A program made the position numbers and the translations under genes. The notes under the pieces were generated by a model that was given only the letters and a program-made list of their open reading frames with translations, made no database searches and had not been told where the DNA came from. DNA of 64,000 nucleotides from Lama glama. Lineage: Eukaryota. Positions 63,141 to 64,000 of this stretch are shown piece after piece. The stretch spans positions 23,872,001 through 23,936,000 of the forward strand of contig CM052816.1 of the NCBI GenBank assembly GCA_028534125.1, given 5' to 3'. How positions within the stretch are numbered: the first letter of the stretch is position 1; each line of letters opens with the position of its first letter.

Positions 63141-64000
63141 GCAAGTGACGCTTTGCTTCAGCATTATTTCTTCTTGGTACAGAAAGGACTTTTTTAATGT
63201 CTCAGCTTCTACTTACATTGTTCTGATACTAGTGAGAGTTGGTACTTGTTGCCTGTCTGTTCCCTGGAGATTGGGTCACTTTCCCTGGTGCCTCAGTGTG
63301 TTGGTTAATGTTGGTTTATACCCTGGATATTGTGGATGATATCCTCTGGAATCAGTTATATTATTTCAAAGAATATTGATGCTTTTGTCTTAGTGGGCAA
63401 AACTTGGATGAGTATAAAAGCAGACTGTCAGGCATGTGGGAGACAGTGGTTCAGATTTCAGCTCTGTTCTTTAAACCTTTGTGGCTAGCTTCTTTGATTT
63501 TGTCCCACCCATGCATGGTTAAGTCAGCAACTTTAAATGAGTTTATGCAAAGAAAGAGAGGAGAAGGCAACATCTCTGGCCCTCTCCTTTCTGAGATTTC
63601 CCCCTCACTCTTCAGCAGCTTTGGTTGCTCATAAGGCTCCCTCCCTTGATTCCTCTGGATAGAAGCTCAGAAAGTTTCTCTTGGAGATTTAGCTGCCAGG
63701 TGCAGCAGCCATCCCCAGGGTAATTTGAGGAAAAAAGATTGAGAACTTATTTTGCTGGCTGTTCACTGAGTTTCCACTCATCACCAAAAACAAGTTCAAG
63801 TGTTGTTTTTGTATTTTTTTCAGAGTTTATAGTTGTTATTTGTTGGAGGATGAGTTTATTAGGTACCCAGTTCCCCAAACCAGGACTGGACGTTTCATTA
63901 AACTATTGCTTTCAGTACAACTGCCAAGTAAATACATCGATATTTATTTAAACAAATAATTAGAGCTATAGGCTGACCACATGCTGCCTGTTTCCTTCAT

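Overview
Mammalian genomic DNA, probably a camelid as judged from its tRNA-derived SINEs and artiodactyl-type L1 3' ends. The whole window lies inside the fibrillin-2 gene (FBN2) on the + strand. I could place 38 consecutive internal coding exons, equivalent to exons 16-53 in conventional fibrillin numbering (4662 nt, 1554 codons). They run from TB2 through hybrid-2, TB3-TB6 and cbEGF7-33. Every exon length is a multiple of 3, every intron is phase 1, and I found no stops or frameshifts. Introns carry MIR, L2, L1, MLT/ERVL LTR, Tigger/MER8, hAT and lineage-specific SINE repeats. There is no prokaryote-type system here. The most notable observations are a fossil piggyBac-type transposase in intron 36, an open read-through from exon 34 into intron 34 resembling a known truncated isoform, sharp GC3/CpG peaks at individual exons, a cluster of GTGGGT donors at exons 30-34, a GC-AG donor after exon 53, and a sense L1 tail ending just upstream of the exon 47 branch point. 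Exon numbers, repeat family names and comparisons to human are from recall, not from database searches.
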